DNA of 64,000 nucleotides from Escherichia coli (GTDB lineage Bacteria; Pseudomonadota; Gammaproteobacteria; Enterobacterales; Enterobacteriaceae): NCBI RefSeq assembly GCF_044324875.1, contig NZ_CP172185.1; one strand, 5' to 3'. Shown piece by piece: positions 60,391 to 64,000 of this stretch (position 1 is its first letter; each line of letters starts with the position of its first letter). The notes under the pieces were generated by a model. It saw only the letters and a program-made list of their open reading frames with translations, ran no database searches and was not told where the DNA came from. The position numbers and the translations under genes were made by a program.

Positions 60391-61473
60391 ATGAAGCCTT
60401 CTATCGTTGCCAAACTGGAAGCCCTGCATGAACGCCATGAAGAAGTTCAGGCGTTGCTGGGTGACGCGCAAACTATCGCCGACCAGGAACGTTTTCGCGC
60501 ATTCTCACGCGAATATGCGCAGTTAAGTGATGTTTCGCGCTGTTTTACCGACTGGCAACAGGTTCAGGAAGATATCGAAACCGCACAGATGATGCTCGAC
60601 GATCCTGAAATGCGTGAGATGGCGCAGGATGAACTGCGCGAAGCTAAAGAAAAAAGCGAGCAACTGGAGCAGCAATTACAGGTTCTGTTGCTACCAAAAG
60701 ATCCTGATGACGAACGTAACGCCTTCCTCGAAGTCCGTGCCGGAACCGGCGGCGACGAAGCGGCGCTCTTCGCTGGCGATCTGTTCCGTATGTACAGCCG
60801 TTACGCCGAAGCCCGCCGCTGGCGTGTAGAAATCATGAGCGCCAGCGAGGGTGAACATGGTGGTTATAAAGAGATCATCGCCAAAATTAGCGGTGATGGT
60901 GTATATGGTCGTTTGAAATTCGAATCTGGCGGTCATCGCGTGCAGCGTGTGCCTGCTACGGAATCGCAGGGTCGAATTCATACTTCTGCTTGTACCGTTG
61001 CGGTAATGCCAGAACTGCCTGACGCAGAACTGCCGGACATCAACCCAGCAGATTTGCGCATTGATACTTTCCGCTCCTCAGGGGCGGGTGGTCAGCACGT
61101 TAACACCACCGATTCGGCAATTCGTATTACTCACTTGCCGACCGGGATTGTTGTTGAATGTCAGGACGAACGTTCACAACATAAAAACAAAGCTAAAGCA
61201 CTTTCTGTACTCGGTGCTCGCATCCACGCTGCAGAAATGGCAAAACGGCAACAGGCCGAAGCGTCTACCCGTCGTAACCTGCTGGGGAGTGGCGATCGCA
61301 GCGACCGTAACCGTACTTACAATTTCCCGCAGGGGCGCGTTACCGATCACCGCATCAACCTGACGCTCTACCGTCTGGATGAAGTGATGGAAGGTAAGCT
61401 GGATATGCTAATTGAACCGATTATCCAGGAACATCAGGCCGACCAACTGGCGGCGTTGTCCGAGCAGGAATAA
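60391..61473 (+). CDS. prfA: peptide chain release factor 1 (360 aa)
   Basis: GGQ motif in [11 protein letters not shown]; recognisable sequence. Confidence 0.95.
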   Translation: MKPSIVAKLEALHERHEEVQALLGDAQTIADQERFRAFSREYAQLSDVSRCFTDWQQVQEDIETAQMMLDDPEMREMAQDELREAKEKSEQLEQQLQVLLLPKDPDDERNAFLEVRAGTGGDEAALFAGDLFRMYSRYAEARRWRVEIMSASEGEHGGYKEIIAKISGDGVYGRLKFESGGHRVQRVPATESQGRIHTSACTVAVMPELPDAELPDINPADLRIDTFRSSGAGGQHVNTTDSAIRITHLPTGIVVECQDERSQHKNKAKALSVLGARIHAAEMAKRQQAEASTRRNLLGSGDRSDRNRTYNFPQGRVTDHRINLTLYRLDEVMEGKLDMLIEPIIQEHQADQLAALSEQE

Positions 61474-62306
61474 TGGAATATCAACACTGGTTACGTGAAG
61501 CAATAAGCCAACTTCAGGCGAGCGAAAGCCCGCGGCGTGATGCTGAAATCCTGCTGGAGTATGTTACCGGCAAAGGGCGTACTTTTATTCTCGCCTTTGG
61601 TGAAACGCAGCTGACTGACGAACAATGTCAGCAACTTGATGCGCTACTGACACGTCGTCGCGATGGTGAACCCATTGCTCATTTAACCGGGGTGCGAGAA
61701 TTCTGGTCGTTGCCGTTATTTGTTTCGCCAGCGACCTTAATTCCGCGCCCGGATACGGAGTGTCTGGTGGAGCAGGCACTGGCGCGGTTGCCTGAACAAC
61801 CTTGCCGTATTCTCGATCTCGGGACGGGTACCGGGGCGATTGCGCTTGCGCTTGCCAGCGAGCGTCCGGACTGCGAAATTACCGCTGTAGATCGTATGCC
61901 CGATGCTGTCGCCCTGGCACAACGTAATGCCCAGCATCTGGCGATCAAAAATATCCACATTCTGCAAAGCGACTGGTTTAGCGCGCTAGCCGGGCAGCAG
62001 TTTGCGATGATTGTCAGTAATCCGCCGTATATTGACGAGCAGGACCCACATCTTCAACAAGGCGATGTCCGCTTTGAGCCGCTCACTGCGCTGGTTGCCG
62101 CAGACAGTGGAATGGCAGACATCGTGCATATCATCGAACAGTCGCGTAACGCGCTGGTATCCGGCGGCTTTCTGCTTCTGGAACATGGCTGGCAGCAGGG
62201 CGAAGCGGTGCGACAAGCATTTATCCTCGCGGGGTATCATGACGTCGAAACCTGCCGTGACTATGGTGATAACGAGCGCGTAACGCTCGGCCGCTATTAT
62301 CAATGA
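61473..62306 (+). CDS. prmC: release-factor glutamine N5-methyltransferase PrmC/HemK (277 aa)
   Basis: NPPY motif (VSNPPYI); start overlaps the prfA stop. Confidence 0.95.
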   Translation: MEYQHWLREAISQLQASESPRRDAEILLEYVTGKGRTFILAFGETQLTDEQCQQLDALLTRRRDGEPIAHLTGVREFWSLPLFVSPATLIPRPDTECLVEQALARLPEQPCRILDLGTGTGAIALALASERPDCEITAVDRMPDAVALAQRNAQHLAIKNIHILQSDWFSALAGQQFAMIVSNPPYIDEQDPHLQQGDVRFEPLTALVAADSGMADIVHIIEQSRNALVSGGFLLLEHGWQQGEAVRQAFILAGYHDVETCRDYGDNERVTLGRYYQ

Positions 62307-62695
62307 CAAGTTTTTCTACACTGCTTAGTGTTCATCTTATTAGTATCGCGCTTTCTGTTGGGCTATTAACCTTACGTTTCTGGCTACGTTATCAGAAGCA
62401 TCCACAGGTATTTGCGCGCTGGACGCGCATTGTGCCGCCGATTGTCGATACGGTGTTATTGTTAAGTGGCATTGCGTTGATGGCTAAAGCGCACATCCTG
62501 CCATTTTCCGGGCAGGCACAGTGGCTGACTGAAAAGCTGTTTGGAGTTATCATTTATATCGTTTTGGGTTTTATTGCACTCGATTATCGTCGTATGCACA
62601 GTCAGCAGGCGCGCATTATTGCCTTCCCGCTGGCGTTGGTGGTGCTGTACATCATCATTAAACTCGCCACCACAAAAGTACCGTTACTGGGGTAA
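62303..62695 (+). CDS. ychQ: SirB2-family inner membrane protein YchQ (130 aa)
   Basis: Size and position; overlaps the prmC stop. Confidence 0.8.
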   Translation: MTSFSTLLSVHLISIALSVGLLTLRFWLRYQKHPQVFARWTRIVPPIVDTVLLLSGIALMAKAHILPFSGQAQWLTEKLFGVIIYIVLGFIALDYRRMHSQQARIIAFPLALVVLYIIIKLATTKVPLLG

Positions 62696-62698
62696 GTC

Positions 62699-63508
62699 AT
62701 GAGATCGTTAGCTGATTTCGAATTTAATAAAGCGCCATTGTGCGAAGGCATGATCCTGGCTTGCGAAGCAATCCGCCGCGATTTTCCCTCGCAAGATGTT
62801 TACGACGAACTGGAGCGTCTCGTTAGTCTGGCGAAGGAAGAAATCAGCCAGCTTCTGCCTTTAGAAGAGCAGCTGGAAAAACTGATCGCGCTGTTTTACG
62901 GCGACTGGGGATTTAAAGCCTCACGCGGCGTTTATCGTCTTTCCGATGCATTATGGCTGGACCAGGTGTTAAAAAATCGGCAGGGCAGTGCGGTATCGTT
63001 AGGTGCCGTTTTATTGTGGGTTGCTAATCGTCTCGATTTGCCGCTATTGCCGGTGATATTCCCGACGCAGCTTATATTGCGCATAGAATGCCCGGACGGA
63101 GAAATCTGGCTGATTAACCCTTTTAACGGTGAATCATTAAGCGAACATATGCTGGATGTGTGGTTAAAGGGAAATATCAGCCCGTCTGCGGAACTGTTTT
63201 ATGAAGACCTTGATGAAGCTGATAACATTGAGGTAATCCGCAAATTGCTGGATACACTCAAAGCTTCATTGATGGAAGAAAATCAGATGGAGCTGGCGTT
63301 ACGCACCAGCGAAGCTTTATTACAATTCAACCCGGAAGATCCCTATGAAATTCGCGATCGCGGGTTGATTTATGCGCAACTGGATTGCGAACACGTTGCG
63401 TTGAACGATTTAAGTTATTTCGTTGAACAGTGTCCGGAAGACCCGATCAGCGAAATGATCCGTGCGCAAATAAATAACATCGCGCATAAACATATTGTGC
63501 TGCATTAA
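62699..63508 (+). CDS. ychA: SirB1-family protein YchA (269 aa)
   Basis: Size and position. Confidence 0.8.
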   Translation: MRSLADFEFNKAPLCEGMILACEAIRRDFPSQDVYDELERLVSLAKEEISQLLPLEEQLEKLIALFYGDWGFKASRGVYRLSDALWLDQVLKNRQGSAVSLGAVLLWVANRLDLPLLPVIFPTQLILRIECPDGEIWLINPFNGESLSEHMLDVWLKGNISPSAELFYEDLDEADNIEVIRKLLDTLKASLMEENQMELALRTSEALLQFNPEDPYEIRDRGLIYAQLDCEHVALNDLSYFVEQCPEDPISEMIRAQINNIAHKHIVLH

Positions 63509-63534
63509 TTAATCGACATTTTACTCAAGATTAA

Positions 63535-63999
<465 letters not shown>

Positions 64000-64000
64000 G

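Overview
This window reads as an Escherichia coli chromosomal segment that is collinear with the K-12 bluF-ycgZ ... minCDE ... umuDC ... dadAX ... treA ... dhaKLM ... hemA-prfA-prmC-kdsA region (gene identities recognised from the translated ORFs, from memory; no database search was run). Against that backbone three things do not match the K-12 order as I recall it: (1) an IS21-family insertion sequence (istA/istB, multi-copy terminal repeats) sits inside the already frameshifted autotransporter pseudogene ycgH; (2) about 2.2 kb between the convergent genes dadX and cvrA carries a lone gene for an IpaH/SspH-like N-terminal region plus leucine-rich repeats, with an acidic tail and no recognisable NEL ubiquitin-ligase domain; (3) where K-12 has ycgY between ymgE and treA, there is a six-gene minus-strand operon (Tat-signal periplasmic binding protein, FecCD-type permease, ABC ATPase, SAM methyltransferase, ModD-like protein, TonB-dependent receptor) whose ATPase is interrupted by an in-frame TGA. 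The orphan LRR gene and the receptor/ModD/methyltransferase operon are the best candidates for something undescribed; both are sequence-based inferences. All motif-level coordinates are approximate (about +/-2 bp); CDS ends follow the ORF track, and starts were placed by codon counting from recognised N-termini.
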